Source of the DNA: Bosea sp. (in: a-proteobacteria)
GTDB lineage: Bacteria > Pseudomonadota > Alphaproteobacteria > Rhizobiales > Beijerinckiaceae
Assembly (NCBI GenBank): GCA_033792295.1
Contig: JARYGW010000002.1
Span: 3,146 to 67,145 of the forward strand
Length of the DNA stretch: 64,000 bases
Direction of reading: 5' to 3'
In this document: positions 1 through 10,300 of the stretch, one piece after another
Layout of the letters: every line of letters begins with the position of its first letter
Numbering within the stretch: position 1 is the stretch's first letter
Translations under genes and position numbers: made by a program
Notes under the pieces: generated by a model
What the model was told of the DNA's origin: nothing
The model's input: the letters and a program-made list of their open reading frames with translations, nothing else
The model's database searches: none

Positions 1-893
1 CCGTGATCGGCGGCGGTCGACAGATCGGCAAGGTCGAGCGGCACACAGGAGCGATGCAGGAACACATCGCCACGGATGCCGCGAAGACCGGAACGCAGGG
101 CGTGGTCGACCGCGACCGCATCAGCCCACGCCTCGCCGTCGTGATCGCGCAAATCGCGCCAGCGGGCATTGTCGTGGAACGGGCAGCCGATGCACGCGCT
201 CTTCGGCGGGATCGGATAGCCATGGCGGTGCAGCCACGCCATGCAATCCTGCCGGCACATGCGTCGCTCGATCAGGGGAAAGCGCTTGATCTGCCAGCCT
301 TCGAAGCTCGGCTTCGCCCGGATGACCTCGTCCGTGCTGATGCCGATCCATTGCTCGACGACAGGGAAGGAGGGCGAGCGCTTGCGGGCAAGCCCGGCGA
401 GCTCGCGGACCTTGCGCCGGATCGGAACGATCTTGAACTCCGTCGTGCATTGCCGGCGGATCATGCCGATCGAGATGATGTCGGCCGCGCTGCGGCGTTC
501 GCCGATCTCGATCAGCTCACCCTCATCATCCTCGTCGAGGACCGAAATGGGCGTACCGGCAGGCCTGACCGTGCGGGTGAACGCCGGAATCGATGCCCAT
601 CGACGGCCCTCGCCGGCGGCGAGAACGTGTTCGCGGATATTGCCGGCCGACACGATGTGCACGGGAAAGGGCAGGACATTTCCTGACATGAGCCAATCGA
701 GATGCTCGTAGACGGCGGCAGGCTCCCAGCCGGTATCGGCAAAAATCGCGCAATCCGGCATCGGGCCGATTTCGCCATGGGCCGCGAGCAGCGCCATTGT
801 CGTCGATTGGACGCCGGCGCCGAGCGAGAGCACGCGCAAGCGGATCGGGGAGGGCCAAAGCCCCTCCCCAGAAGCAGGCGGAACGTGAAACAT
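1..893 (-). CDS. PP-loop (PAPS reductase-like / adenine nucleotide alpha-hydrolase) protein, Cys-rich; 3' end runs off the window
   Basis: Hand translation from ATG 893 (TAATG overlap with the ardC stop): MFHVPP...RVLSLGAGVQSTTMALL...IFADTGWEP...RRQCTTEFKI...WIGISTDE...PPKSACIGCPFH; open to base 1; absent from the ORF track because it has no stop. Confidence 0.8.
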   Translation of the reverse strand, partial: MFHVPPASGEGLWPSPIRLRVLSLGAGVQSTTMALLAAHGEIGPMPDCAIFADTGWEPAAVYEHLDWLMSGNVLPFPVHIVSAGNIREHVLAAGEGRRWASIPAFTRTVRPAGTPISVLDEDDEGELIEIGERRSAADIISIGMIRRQCTTEFKIVPIRRKVRELAGLARKRSPSFPVVEQWIGISTDEVIRAKPSFEGWQIKRFPLIERRMCRQDCMAWLHRHGYPIPPKSACIGCPFHDNARWRDLRDHDGEAWADAVAVDHALRSGLRGIRGDVFLHRSCVPLDLADLSTAADH

Positions 894-1819
894 TACGCTG
901 CCTCCCCCTCTGCGGCTTCCGCCGGCTGGAGACCGTGCAGGAAGGCGGCGGCGCGCTGCGCGTGTGCGGCGGCCTGGAAGACCGCGCGCTTGTCGCCTTG
1001 CAGGACCTGGAGCCACGATTCCACGTAGCTTGCGTGGTCGGGCCGCGGTTCGAGCTCGGGCACGATCCCGAGGTCGGCGCAGATCAGCGCAGATCCGATT
1101 TCGGCGACGAGCTCCTCGCGCGCGCGTTCGCTGCGATCCTTCGCATAACGGCTGAGGTCGCGCCCCACGCGGCGCGAATCCGCCGTCCAGTGGACATGCT
1201 CGTGGCTCAGCACCGCCACGTACGATGCAGCGTCGCGAAACGTCTCGAATGGCGGCATCTGGATGTGATCGGTCGACGGCGCGTAGAAGGCTCGCGCGCC
1301 GCCATGCCGGATCGCCGACCCCGTATTCGCGAAAAAGCGATCGGCATGATCGATCCGCTGGATCGGATCGATCGTCGGCGCCGGCTGCCGGTAGAAGTGG
1401 TCGGGCAGTCCGGCGATCTGCTCGACGTTGAAGACCGAATAGGTCTTCAGGAACGGGATGTCGCGCTCGACCTCGCCGCCATTGCCGTCGGTCTCCGTCC
1501 GGGTGAAACGGCTCGCATAGATGACGGTCGCGCCCGACTCGCCCTTGCGGACATGAGCGTCGAGCTCGATCGCCTGCTTGAACGTCATCCAGGTCGGCGA
1601 GGTGAAACCGCGCGCGAGCGCTTCCGACCAGAGCAGCAGCACGTTCATGCCACTGTAAGGTTCGCCGTTGTGGCGCAGCGGCCGCGTGATGCGCCGACCC
1701 GCGTGGCCGGCGCTCCATGGCTGGATCCAGGGCCGAACACCCTTTTCGAGATCCGCGACGATGCGATCGGTGATGCGCGCGTAGACGTCGGCGCGTGAGC
1801 CTTCCTTCTTCTCAGTCAT
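893..1819 (-). CDS. ardC: ArdC-family antirestriction ssDNA-binding protein (zincin-like C-terminal domain)
   Basis: DVYARITDRIVADLEKGVRPW, YSGMNVLLLW, WMTFKQA, VRKGE, HEHVHWT, REELVAE motifs; start MTEKK preceded by AGGAAA. Confidence 0.92.
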   Translation of the reverse strand: MTEKKEGSRADVYARITDRIVADLEKGVRPWIQPWSAGHAGRRITRPLRHNGEPYSGMNVLLLWSEALARGFTSPTWMTFKQAIELDAHVRKGESGATVIYASRFTRTETDGNGGEVERDIPFLKTYSVFNVEQIAGLPDHFYRQPAPTIDPIQRIDHADRFFANTGSAIRHGGARAFYAPSTDHIQMPPFETFRDAASYVAVLSHEHVHWTADSRRVGRDLSRYAKDRSERAREELVAEIGSALICADLGIVPELEPRPDHASYVESWLQVLQGDKRAVFQAAAHAQRAAAFLHGLQPAEAAEGEAA

Positions 1820-1877
1820 TTTCCTGAACCTCCGCTTGGAGGTCGCGCCCATCGCGACCTCGTCACGGCGGTCCATC

Positions 1878-1963
1878 GCCAGGGAATTCAGGGGAGCGGC
1901 GCACCCTTGGGCCGCAACGAAGTGAAGGGCGGCGAAGCCGCTGCGCCGGGCCCCGGCCCTGGC
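1878..1963 (+). promoter_or_regulatory. Large stem-loop upstream of ardC; candidate ssDNA (Frpo-like) promoter
   Basis: GCCAGGG(1878)/CCCTGGC(1957) and CGGCGCA(1897)/TGCGCCG(1942) inverted pairs; inner GCGGCGAAGCCGC hairpin. Confidence 0.5.
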
Positions 1964-2167
1964 AGGACCAAAAGCCGGACGGGCGTCGCCACGCGCACCG
2001 CCTCATTTTCTCCATTCCATCTTCTTGAGGAGCGGCCGCATGGCGGTCGTCGCCGCCGTCGTGCGCTGCGGCCGCGGCAGCGACACGAAAAAGGGGCCGG
2101 CCCCATCGGGGCCAGCCCAGCGTCGTGGTATCGAAGACGGGCGAGGCCGAAGCCTCGCCCGGTGCCA

Positions 2168-2755
2168 TCAGCCGAAGGCCGCCAGCTGCATTTCGGCCGC
2201 CTTGCGATCGAGCGTGTGGCCGGGATTGTCGACCGGACGCTCGAAGGGCTTCCAGCGCTCGCCGACGACGTGCTCGTAGGCCGCGACGGCACCCTCGGCC
2301 GCCATGCGCAGGGCGTGCGACTGCAAGGCCATGTCAGCGGCGAACTCGCGCTTGCGCTGCGCGGTGCTGTCGAAACCGACGGGACCGTCGAGGTCCTCGT
2401 CGCGCAGGTCGTTGGACGCCTTGGCCGTCGCATCGCGGGCCTCGGTCACCGCGCGGCTATAGAACTGGCCGGCGCCGTGCGCGGAGCCGACATAGGCGCC
2501 GACGATCCGCTGCAGATGAATCTGCATCGCTCTCTCGCCGAGGCCTTCGCTCAGGCTGTCGGCCGTCTCGACGATCATGCGCTGATGGAGATCGCGGATC
2601 CCGTCGCCGTCGAGAACGGGAAGACCAAAGCTCTCGGAGATGAGCGTCGCCTGGGCGGTGTCGGGGCAGGCAAGCCTGACCATTTCGAGCGTGGTGCTCT
2701 TGCGGAGCTGGACGACCTTTGCGGGCTGACGTTGGGTGCGAGCGGCTTTGGTCAT
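2168..2755 (-). CDS. Hypothetical leading-region protein (195 aa)
   Basis: AAGGAAAGGAAG RBS before ATG 2755; protein-like composition (MTKAARTQRQPAKVVQLRK...). Confidence 0.8.
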   Translation of the reverse strand: MTKAARTQRQPAKVVQLRKSTTLEMVRLACPDTAQATLISESFGLPVLDGDGIRDLHQRMIVETADSLSEGLGERAMQIHLQRIVGAYVGSAHGAGQFYSRAVTEARDATAKASNDLRDEDLDGPVGFDSTAQRKREFAADMALQSHALRMAAEGAVAAYEHVVGERWKPFERPVDNPGHTLDRKAAEMQLAAFG

Positions 2756-2832
2756 GAGAACTTCCTTTCCTTCGGTTCGCCTGAAGGCCCGGATCGGCTC
2801 CTGCCGGTCCTCCCTTCGGGTGCGATCGACCG

Positions 2833-3014
2833 AAACCGGCGGAATGACGGGCGTTTCAGGGTCCGGGGCGGCCGGATCGAGCGGAGCGGGTTTGCGCGCA
2901 AGCAGGGCTTCCGGCCCTCGCGCGGCGCGCGGGCCCGCTGTGCCGAGATCGGCAGCTCCGGCCGCAACGCGGCGCGGCACGCGGCCTTGAAGCGACCGGC
3001 CGCCGGTTTAAGAG
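2833..3014 (+). promoter_or_regulatory. ~180-nt stem-loop; candidate ssDNA promoter
   Basis: AAACCGGCGG(2833)/CCGCCGGTTT(3000) perfect inverted pair; 3' arm reads TTGAAG-N16-TAAGAG. Confidence 0.55.
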
Positions 3015-3514
3015 CGCAACAAAACCCGAGGGGAGGCCCGACGGGCCGGAACGCCCATCAACAAGCGAAAACGACAGGTAAGGACCTCATGTACCCGCCG
3101 CACCCCACCACCAGGCCGCCGGCCGCGACGCATGACACCCGCCGGACCGTCCGGCCGCTTTCGCAACGTCCTGGCACCTCATCGCAGACGAACGGCACTT
3201 TCTCCCGGCTGCGTCCGCGCGCGCGACACCAGCGACAGTCGTCTCGCCGACCGCCTCAGCGGAGGTTTTCCGCGAGGCGGATGCATTCCATCATCGGCAG
3301 GGTCGACGCCGGTGTCGGAGCCGCCGGCGTTGGATGTTCTCGGCCGCGGACCAGACGTCGGCGCAGGCAAGTTGATTCTAACCCTCTCCAGGCGTCCACT
3401 GGATAGCGTCAGGGAGCGAGAGCTCGCGCTGCCTCATGCCCCGCTGACGATGGCCAGCGCGCGCCGTGCCGGCGGCGCGGGCTCTCTGTCGACCCGCACG
3501 TCGTCGGATGCCGA

Positions 3515-3940
3515 TCATCGTGAGATCAACGCGCCGGTTTCCGGCCACAACGCCGATGCCGGACCGGCATCATGATGATCCATCGTCGTGCCGGCGTGTT
3601 CGTGGCGGGCAGCGGGTCGACCGTCACGATCGATACCAAGGCGCTGCCGCAGCGCCTCGATTGCATGGTCCTGCCGCGCGAGCTTTCGCGCCAAGGCGTC
3701 GATTTCCGGTTGGCGCTCCGCCGTGAGCGCCGCCAGTCTCGCACGATAGCGCTCGAGAAAAGCACCCGGATCCGGCGGCTTGCCGCGACGATACCCGGAC
3801 TGCTTGCGCCCGAGCGACGGGATCAGTGCGGTCATCCTCCGCGTGATCTGCCGATCGATCATGTTGAGCTGGCGCTGCGTCTGTCGACGCGCCTCCTCCA
3901 TGCGGTTAAGAAGATCAAGGCGTTCGGGGGAGGGGGTCAT
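3515..3940 (-). CDS. Hypothetical helical/coiled-coil protein
   Basis: ATGA overlap with the upstream gene; AGGAGG RBS. Confidence 0.65.
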   Translation of the reverse strand: MTPSPERLDLLNRMEEARRQTQRQLNMIDRQITRRMTALIPSLGRKQSGYRRGKPPDPGAFLERYRARLAALTAERQPEIDALARKLARQDHAIEALRQRLGIDRDGRPAARHEHAGTTMDHHDAGPASALWPETGALISR

Positions 3941-4824
3941 GCCGTCCTCCCTGGCCGCCAGCCGATGAAGTCGGACTCGCCGCCATAGACGTGGTGGCGA
4001 GCGGGATCGATCACGAAGCCGAAGCGGCCGACGCCATATTCGTCCGAGGGGACGAGAAAGCGGCGCTCCTCGGTCCCAAAGCCCCGCTTGCCGCCCGGCG
4101 TCGCGACAACCTCGACAAAGCCCGCGACCTGCTTCGACGTGATCGCCGAGATCACGATCCAGTCGTTAGCGTGATCTGCCTCGAACGCCCGGCGATCCTT
4201 CTCTCGCGATTCGCCCGGCACGAGGATGGTGCCGAAGATCGTCTCCCAGGCATCGGGCCAGCTGTCCTTGATGGTCCGCTCGGCACAGCGTCGCTCGAAG
4301 GCGGTGAAGAGATGCGGAAAGGTGATCGCGACGATCGCCCACTCTGCATCTTCTTCGTACCATCCGCCGGCCGAGCGCAGCATGCGATGGACCTTGCGGT
4401 TTCGCTCGGCCGAGAGCTTGAAGCCGCCATGCCCGGCAGTCGAATGCGACGTGACGCCCTCGGCATAGATCGTCGCGCCCTGCGAGGTGCCCCAGGGCGT
4501 ATGGGCACGCGAATATTCCTCGACACGGCCGAGCATCTTGCGCTCGCGCTGATGTTCGGCGTTTTCGAGCACGCGCGCGCGAAACGCCGCCTCGTCGGCG
4601 AGCTCACCTGAGTGCCCGTAGAAATCGGCGCGCGTCCACTCGCCCATCGGTCGCGAGAGCCTCCACGCGGTGACGAGATAGTGCCGATCGTTGCGCGCCA
4701 TCGCCATGGCGAACGCCGTGTCGCCGACGAGCGCGACGGGCATGTCGTCGGCGCTTCGGCCGAAAGAAACCCCCGGAAATCCGGGGGTCTCGGTCTGAGG
4801 ACGGGCGGGAGAGGGGGCGTTCAT
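3937..4824 (-). CDS. Plasmid leading-region protein (DUF7007-like)
   Basis: TPWG, STAGHGGFKLS and WYEEDAEW motifs; ATGA-coupled. Confidence 0.75.
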   Translation of the reverse strand: MNAPSPARPQTETPGFPGVSFGRSADDMPVALVGDTAFAMAMARNDRHYLVTAWRLSRPMGEWTRADFYGHSGELADEAAFRARVLENAEHQRERKMLGRVEEYSRAHTPWGTSQGATIYAEGVTSHSTAGHGGFKLSAERNRKVHRMLRSAGGWYEEDAEWAIVAITFPHLFTAFERRCAERTIKDSWPDAWETIFGTILVPGESREKDRRAFEADHANDWIVISAITSKQVAGFVEVVATPGGKRGFGTEERRFLVPSDEYGVGRFGFVIDPARHHVYGGESDFIGWRPGRTA

Positions 4825-5297
4825 GCCGCGGTCCTCCCCTCGACGATGTCGGCGCCGACCTCGTCGGCCGTCACCTCATGGAGCAAGGCGCGCGGATAGC
4901 CGTGGCGCGTCAGCCACTCGCGGGCATCGGCCTCGTGTGTTGCGAGATAGACCAGTTCAGCGTCGTCGCCGGCGCGATCGAAGACGCGGACCGATCCGAT
5001 CGCCGGGCGCTCGACGATGGTGAACGTCAGCGACGAGTCGAGAGAGAACGTCCGATGGACGCGGATCGCAATGACCCCGCCGGCGCCATGGTCGGCCTCG
5101 TGCAGGGTGAAGCATGCCGATAGCGATAGGTTGCCGACACCGCGCCCCCCCTGCTTGCGGATCAGCCGGCCGCGACTGTTGCTGGTCTGCCAGGTGGCCA
5201 GCTTCTTGTTGAAGCGCGCCGGCGGCTGCGGCGTTCCGTCGGACCAGGCGACGATGGACCCGATCGGTGCGCTGTCGAAGATTGTGTGCGCGGACAT
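4821..5297 (-). CDS. Hypothetical protein
   Basis: AAGGAGGA RBS before MSAHTIFDSAPIG; coupled to the next gene. Confidence 0.75.
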   Translation of the reverse strand: MSAHTIFDSAPIGSIVAWSDGTPQPPARFNKKLATWQTSNSRGRLIRKQGGRGVGNLSLSACFTLHEADHGAGGVIAIRVHRTFSLDSSLTFTIVERPAIGSVRVFDRAGDDAELVYLATHEADAREWLTRHGYPRALLHEVTADEVGADIVEGRTAA

Positions 5298-5333
5298 GGT
5301 GTCCTCCTTGGATTGCACGGGTGTGGAAACGAC

Positions 5334-5358
5334 ACCGCCGCCGGAGACCGGCGGCGGC
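5334..5358 (-). terminator. GC hairpin downstream of the ParB-like gene
   Basis: CCGCCGCCGG-AGA-CCGGCGGCGG perfect stem. Confidence 0.4.
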
Positions 5359-5386
5359 GAACCATTCGAAACGGTGGGGAGCGGCG

Positions 5387-7066
5387 CTACTCGGCCGCTT
5401 CGCGGAAGGCCTCGGCGTCCTCGTCGAAACCGCCCTCGCCGATGTCGGCGATATCCTCGTCGGCCTCGTCCTCGTCAGCCGCGACCGCGCGCGAGGACAG
5501 CCAGTCGGAGAGCTTCGCCGGATCGGGGGCGAAGAGTGCGTTGGGATGGACGAAATGCCCCTCCTTGTAATGCTCGACGAGAGCTGCGCGCGTGTCCTTC
5601 ACGCGCTGGCGCGGCAGGACCGGCGTGTCCTTGCACGAGCCTTCGAGCGCCGGTCGCGACAGGCACGAGAGGAAATCCTCCGTGCCCATGTTCGGCAGGA
5701 ATGCGTCGGCGCCGATCATCTCGCCCGCGATGCGCGCGACGATGCCGCTGTTGGTGGCGTTTTCCCGGCAGGAGAAAACGTCGACCAGCATGGTGCGGGC
5801 CGCAACACGCAGCGTGTCCATGTCGAAGGCGAGCTTGCCGTCGGCGTCGAACAGCACCGCCGCGTTCTTCGCCAGCCGGCTGTGGCCGTAGTAGACACCG
5901 CCGCTCCCCGTCGTCACCGAGACGTTCTGGCCGGCGAAGGCGAGGATCAACAGCGCCATCAGCGCATCGTCCTCGATCGGCGCGCGGCCGAGAGCTTCGC
6001 GCAGCGCGTCGGTTCGGTAGTCGCCGATCATCTCGACGCCCTTGCGCGTCACGTCGGGACGCGGCCTCGACACTTCACCGACGTCCTCCGGGGCGTTATC
6101 GGTGCTGCTCGCGCCCTTGCCGCCCTTCGGCTTCTTGGCTTCAGGCATGCGATAATGCACGCTCTGCACACGACCCTCGCGGTCGAGGTACATCGCGGTG
6201 CAATCGGATTTGGTCGGCTTGCCGTAGACGCGCTCGGCCTTCGGCGGCAGCTTCACCTCGCCCCAGTTCGTGGTTTCGGCAATGACGCCCTTCTTGGGCA
6301 GGTTCGCCGTCATCCATTCCTGCTGCGCGCCGAGGAAGCCCTCGACATTCGTGGTGTAGCGGCTGTCCTCGTCGGCCGGAGCGAACAGGTCCTCGACCCA
6401 CTGGATGCCGTAAGCCTGGGCGAGATCGTCGCCGAAGCTTGCATGGCGCGCATACATGCGGGTCTTCTGCAGCCCCTGCGCCACGCTCCACCAGGAGACC
6501 TGCGGATCGCCCTTCGACGGCTTGTGCTTCTTCCAGACTTCCTTCTGCTCGTCGAGCGCGGCCGCCGCGATGGTGCGCAGCTGCTGCTCGTTCGGCATGT
6601 CTCCCTTGGCCATGTGATCGAGCATCGCCGGCAAGACGTTGGCGAGCAGACGCAGCTTCTTGATCTGGCGCACGGGAAGCGCGAGCGCCACGCCGATCGC
6701 CTCCTCGGTCCAGCCGAGCGCGACGAGGCGCTCGATCGCACGCCACTGATCGACCGGGTTCATGGGATCGAAGGCGATGTTCGTGACCATCGATCGCATG
6801 GCGCCGTTGTCGTTCGACGCCTCGTCGACGAGCACGTCGATTTCCTCGAGACCCGCTGCGATCGCCTGCTTCACGCGGCGATGTCCGGCATTGATGATGT
6901 AGCCGTTGCCGCCGCCGGCTTCGGGCGTGATGACAGGCGGCTGGACGATGCCGACCGCCTTGATCGTGGCAAGCAGCAACGCGTCGGCCTGCGGCGTCGA
7001 TTTCGTCTGGCGCAGGCGGTCGGGATTTTCCTTCAGCGCACGCGGATCGACCTTGATGAGATGCAT
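5387..7066 (-). CDS. ParB N-terminal-domain protein of conjugative leading regions
   Basis: GIVQPPVI...YIINAGHRRVKQA ParB/Srx motif followed by an HTH; AAAGGAG RBS. Confidence 0.85.
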   Translation of the reverse strand: MHLIKVDPRALKENPDRLRQTKSTPQADALLLATIKAVGIVQPPVITPEAGGGNGYIINAGHRRVKQAIAAGLEEIDVLVDEASNDNGAMRSMVTNIAFDPMNPVDQWRAIERLVALGWTEEAIGVALALPVRQIKKLRLLANVLPAMLDHMAKGDMPNEQQLRTIAAAALDEQKEVWKKHKPSKGDPQVSWWSVAQGLQKTRMYARHASFGDDLAQAYGIQWVEDLFAPADEDSRYTTNVEGFLGAQQEWMTANLPKKGVIAETTNWGEVKLPPKAERVYGKPTKSDCTAMYLDREGRVQSVHYRMPEAKKPKGGKGASSTDNAPEDVGEVSRPRPDVTRKGVEMIGDYRTDALREALGRAPIEDDALMALLILAFAGQNVSVTTGSGGVYYGHSRLAKNAAVLFDADGKLAFDMDTLRVAARTMLVDVFSCRENATNSGIVARIAGEMIGADAFLPNMGTEDFLSCLSRPALEGSCKDTPVLPRQRVKDTRAALVEHYKEGHFVHPNALFAPDPAKLSDWLSSRAVAADEDEADEDIADIGEGGFDEDAEAFREAAE

Positions 7067-7148
7067 GGGAATGCTCCTTTTGGGGTTGCGGACCGGCTTC
7101 CCGGCCCTCTCTCGTCTTCTTCCCGAAGACACCTCCCGGGCCGCGGAG

Positions 7149-7277
7149 CGGGCGAGCCGGTGCAACTGCGGCCGAGCATCCCTGCCCGGCAGGACCAGCA
7201 GGGCCAGAGCCCTGCGCAGGACGACGGGCCGGGATCGCGCAGGCGGCGGTTGAGCATCAGCGTCGACGGCCCGCCCG
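7149..7277 (+). promoter_or_regulatory. Stem-loop upstream of the ParB-like gene; candidate ssDNA promoter
   Basis: CGGGCGAGCCG/CGGCCCGCCCG inverted pair (1 mismatch); TTGAGC at 7250 on the 3' arm. Confidence 0.4.
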
Positions 7278-7326
7278 ATCTGCGAGCGGGCATTCCCCCT
7301 TCTTCTTCTCCTCTCCCTTTTCCATT

Positions 7327-10300
7327 TCAGGCGGCCACCGCCATCTCGCCGCCGCTTCCATCATCCTCTGCCAGCGCCTTCTCGACCTCCGCGAGCTGCC
7401 GGCGCTTGTCGGCGAGCTCGCCCGCGAACGCGAATTCACCGCCGTCGCGCGATGCATAGGACGCCAACCGCCGCCGGGCATCACCAAGGCGCTGGGACAT
7501 ACGCTCGCGCTCGCCCTCGAAGTCGTCGATCGCGTGCTCAAGGCGAGCGGTGGCGCCAAGCGGCGTCACCGTCACCGGCAGCTCGATCTCATAGTCGGCG
7601 CCGGTTCGCTGCAGCATCGTGGTGTAGCGGTAGCCATCGCGGCCGAAGCGCTCGCCGCTATATTCAAGGTCGAAGCCGCCGATCGATGCGATCACGCTCT
7701 CGCCCTCCTGCTGAAGCTGGACCAGCGTCAGAATCTCCTTCAGGAGCGCCCGGCCTGCGAGTTTGCGCTCGCCGTAGCGGTCGCCCGTCACCGCCATCGC
7801 GAAAGCGTCGCCTGAGGTCGGGATGCGACGCGCGATGTCCTGGCCGATCTCTCCGATGCGGCGCGTCGAATATTCGATGTCGCGTTCGGCGTCGCGAGTC
7901 TGGCGGCGCACCGCGTGCTGATCGTCGATATGGGCAGCGCGCAACCGCTCGAGCCGTGCGATATCGGCTTCGAGGCCGGCCTTCTGCATCAGGCGCGGAT
8001 CACCCGACGCGATCGCCTTGGCCATGGCGAACTGATTGGCCTGGCTCTCGCCCATATCCTCGAGCCGGCGGATCGAGGTGTCGCCGGAAAGGGCCGCCGC
8101 GATGAAGCGGGCCTTGCGCTCGTTGTTCTGCCACATCTGCGCGTCTAGCGAGCCCTCGGTCGCATAGGCGAAGATATCGACCTCATCGTGCTGGTTGCCC
8201 TGGCGCACGATACGGCCCTCGCGCTGCTCGATCTGCGACGGCAGCCACGGCACATCGAGGTGATGCAAGGCCTTCAGGCGCAACTGCGCGTTGACGCCGG
8301 TCCCCATCGTGTCCGAGCTGCCGATCAGGAAGCGGACCTTGCCGGCGCGCACGTCGCCGAACAGGCGCTGCTTCGCCTCGGACTTCTTGAAATCCTGCAT
8401 GAAGGCGATTTCGGACGCCGGTACTCCCATGCGGACGAGCTCGTCGCGAATCCAGCGGTAGGCCGAGAAGCCGCGCGACTTCTCGACACTGATGGTGCCG
8501 AGGTCGGAGAAGATCATCTGCGCCGCGCCGGGCAGCTCGAACGGCTTGCCGTCGGAGCGGACATAGGTGCGCTCGGCAGTGTCGCTCCAGATGCGGAAGG
8601 CGTTGCCGACGAGCTGGTTCAGCTTGTTTTCGGCTTCGTTGTCGTTGTCGGGATCGACCAGGCGCAGGTCGATCGCCGCATGGCGGCCATCGGTGATGAC
8701 CGACAGGAGAATGTCGTCGCCGGGCTCGGGCGCGCGGTCGCGTTCTTCGATCGCCTTGATGCGCTCGCCGAGCAGGGTCTGGTAGCGCTTGAACGCCGCC
8801 GACGGCTTCGCGGTGAGGATCTGCCGCTTGCCGGTCGAGATTGCCGGCACCTTCACATATTGGCGCAGGTCCTCCGGCATGACGACGTCCGCGAAGGAGC
8901 GGAACATCGCGATCAGCTCGGGCACATTGACGAAAGTCGCGAAGCGCGTGACCGGCTTGTATTTTCCAGACGGCTGCAATTCGAGCTCGGTCGTCACGTC
9001 GCCGAAGGTCGACGCCCACGCGTCGAATTCGTGCAGGCCGCGCTCAAGTAATGCGGCGTATCCAAGATAGCGCTGCACGGAGAACATCTCGCCGAGTGTG
9101 TTGGTGATTGGGGTGCCGGAGGCGAGCACGAGCGCACGGCCCGGATTCTTCATGTCGACGTAGCGCGACTTCACGTAGAGGTCCCAGGCGCGCTGCGATC
9201 CGTTCGGATCGACGCCCTTCAACGTCGACATGTTCGTGGCGAAGGAGAGCTTTCTGAACTCCTGCGCCTCGTCGATGATGATCTGGTCGACGCCGATCTC
9301 GGAGATCGTGAGCAGATCGTCCTTGCGAGTCGACAGCGCCTCCAGCCTTTCCTTCAAACCCTCCTTGAGCCTTTCGAGCCGCTTGCGCGAGACGCGATCG
9401 TCGTTCTCGACCTTGGTGAGCAGCGTCTCGTAAAGTTCCAGCTCGTCCTGGATCATCTGTTGCTCGAACGCCGACGGCACCGAGATGAAGCGGAACGCGG
9501 AGTGCGTGATGATGATCGCATCCCAGGTCGCGGTCGCCGCGCGCGACAGGAAGCGGTGGCGCTTGTCCTTGCTGAAATTGGTCTCGTCGGCGACGAGGAT
9601 CCGTGCGTTCGGATAAAGTGCGAGGAATTCGCGCGCCGCCTGTGCGAGGCAATGGCCGGGCACGACGAGCATCGCCTTGGCGATGAGCCCAAGCCGGCGC
9701 TGCTCCATGACGGCGGCGGCCATCGTCATCGTCTTGCCGGCGCCGACGGCATGGGCGAGGTAAGTCGAGCCCGCCGATATGATCCGCCAGATGCCGCGTT
9801 TCTGATGCCCGTAAAGAGAAACGGCGCCAGAGGCGCCCGGTAGCTTCAGGTGCGATCCGTCGAAGGCGCGTGGAGCGATGTTGTTGAAGCGGTCGTTGTA
9901 GACGCGCGCCAGGCGGTCGGTGCGATCGGGATCGGACCAGATCCAGCGCTGGAATTCGTCCTTGATCTTCTGCAGCTTCGTCTTCGCCGCCTCGGTGTCG
10001 ACGACGTTAAGGACGCGGCGCTCGCTATTGCCGTCCTTGATGGTGTCGAAGATCTGCGGCACGCGGCTGTTGAGCGCGTCGGCGAGAAGCTCACCTGCAT
10101 GACGCCGGTCGGTGCCCCATTCCGACGTGCCGGTCGCCGTCCAGCCAAGTTGCCGCGCGTCGACGGTCCACGATGCGAGCTCCGGCATGTGGTGGATCTT
10201 GATCTCCACATCCATCGTCTCCCTGACGAAGGCGACGACGTCCGCGGCCGGAATCCACGGTGCGCTGAGACGCGCCGTGATGTCGGACGGCTTGAGATCA

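Noticed and set aside
121-858. Overlapping short minus ORFs suggesting a programmed frameshift (FseA/msi172-171-like)
   Set aside because: A single uninterrupted frame from 893 explains the region
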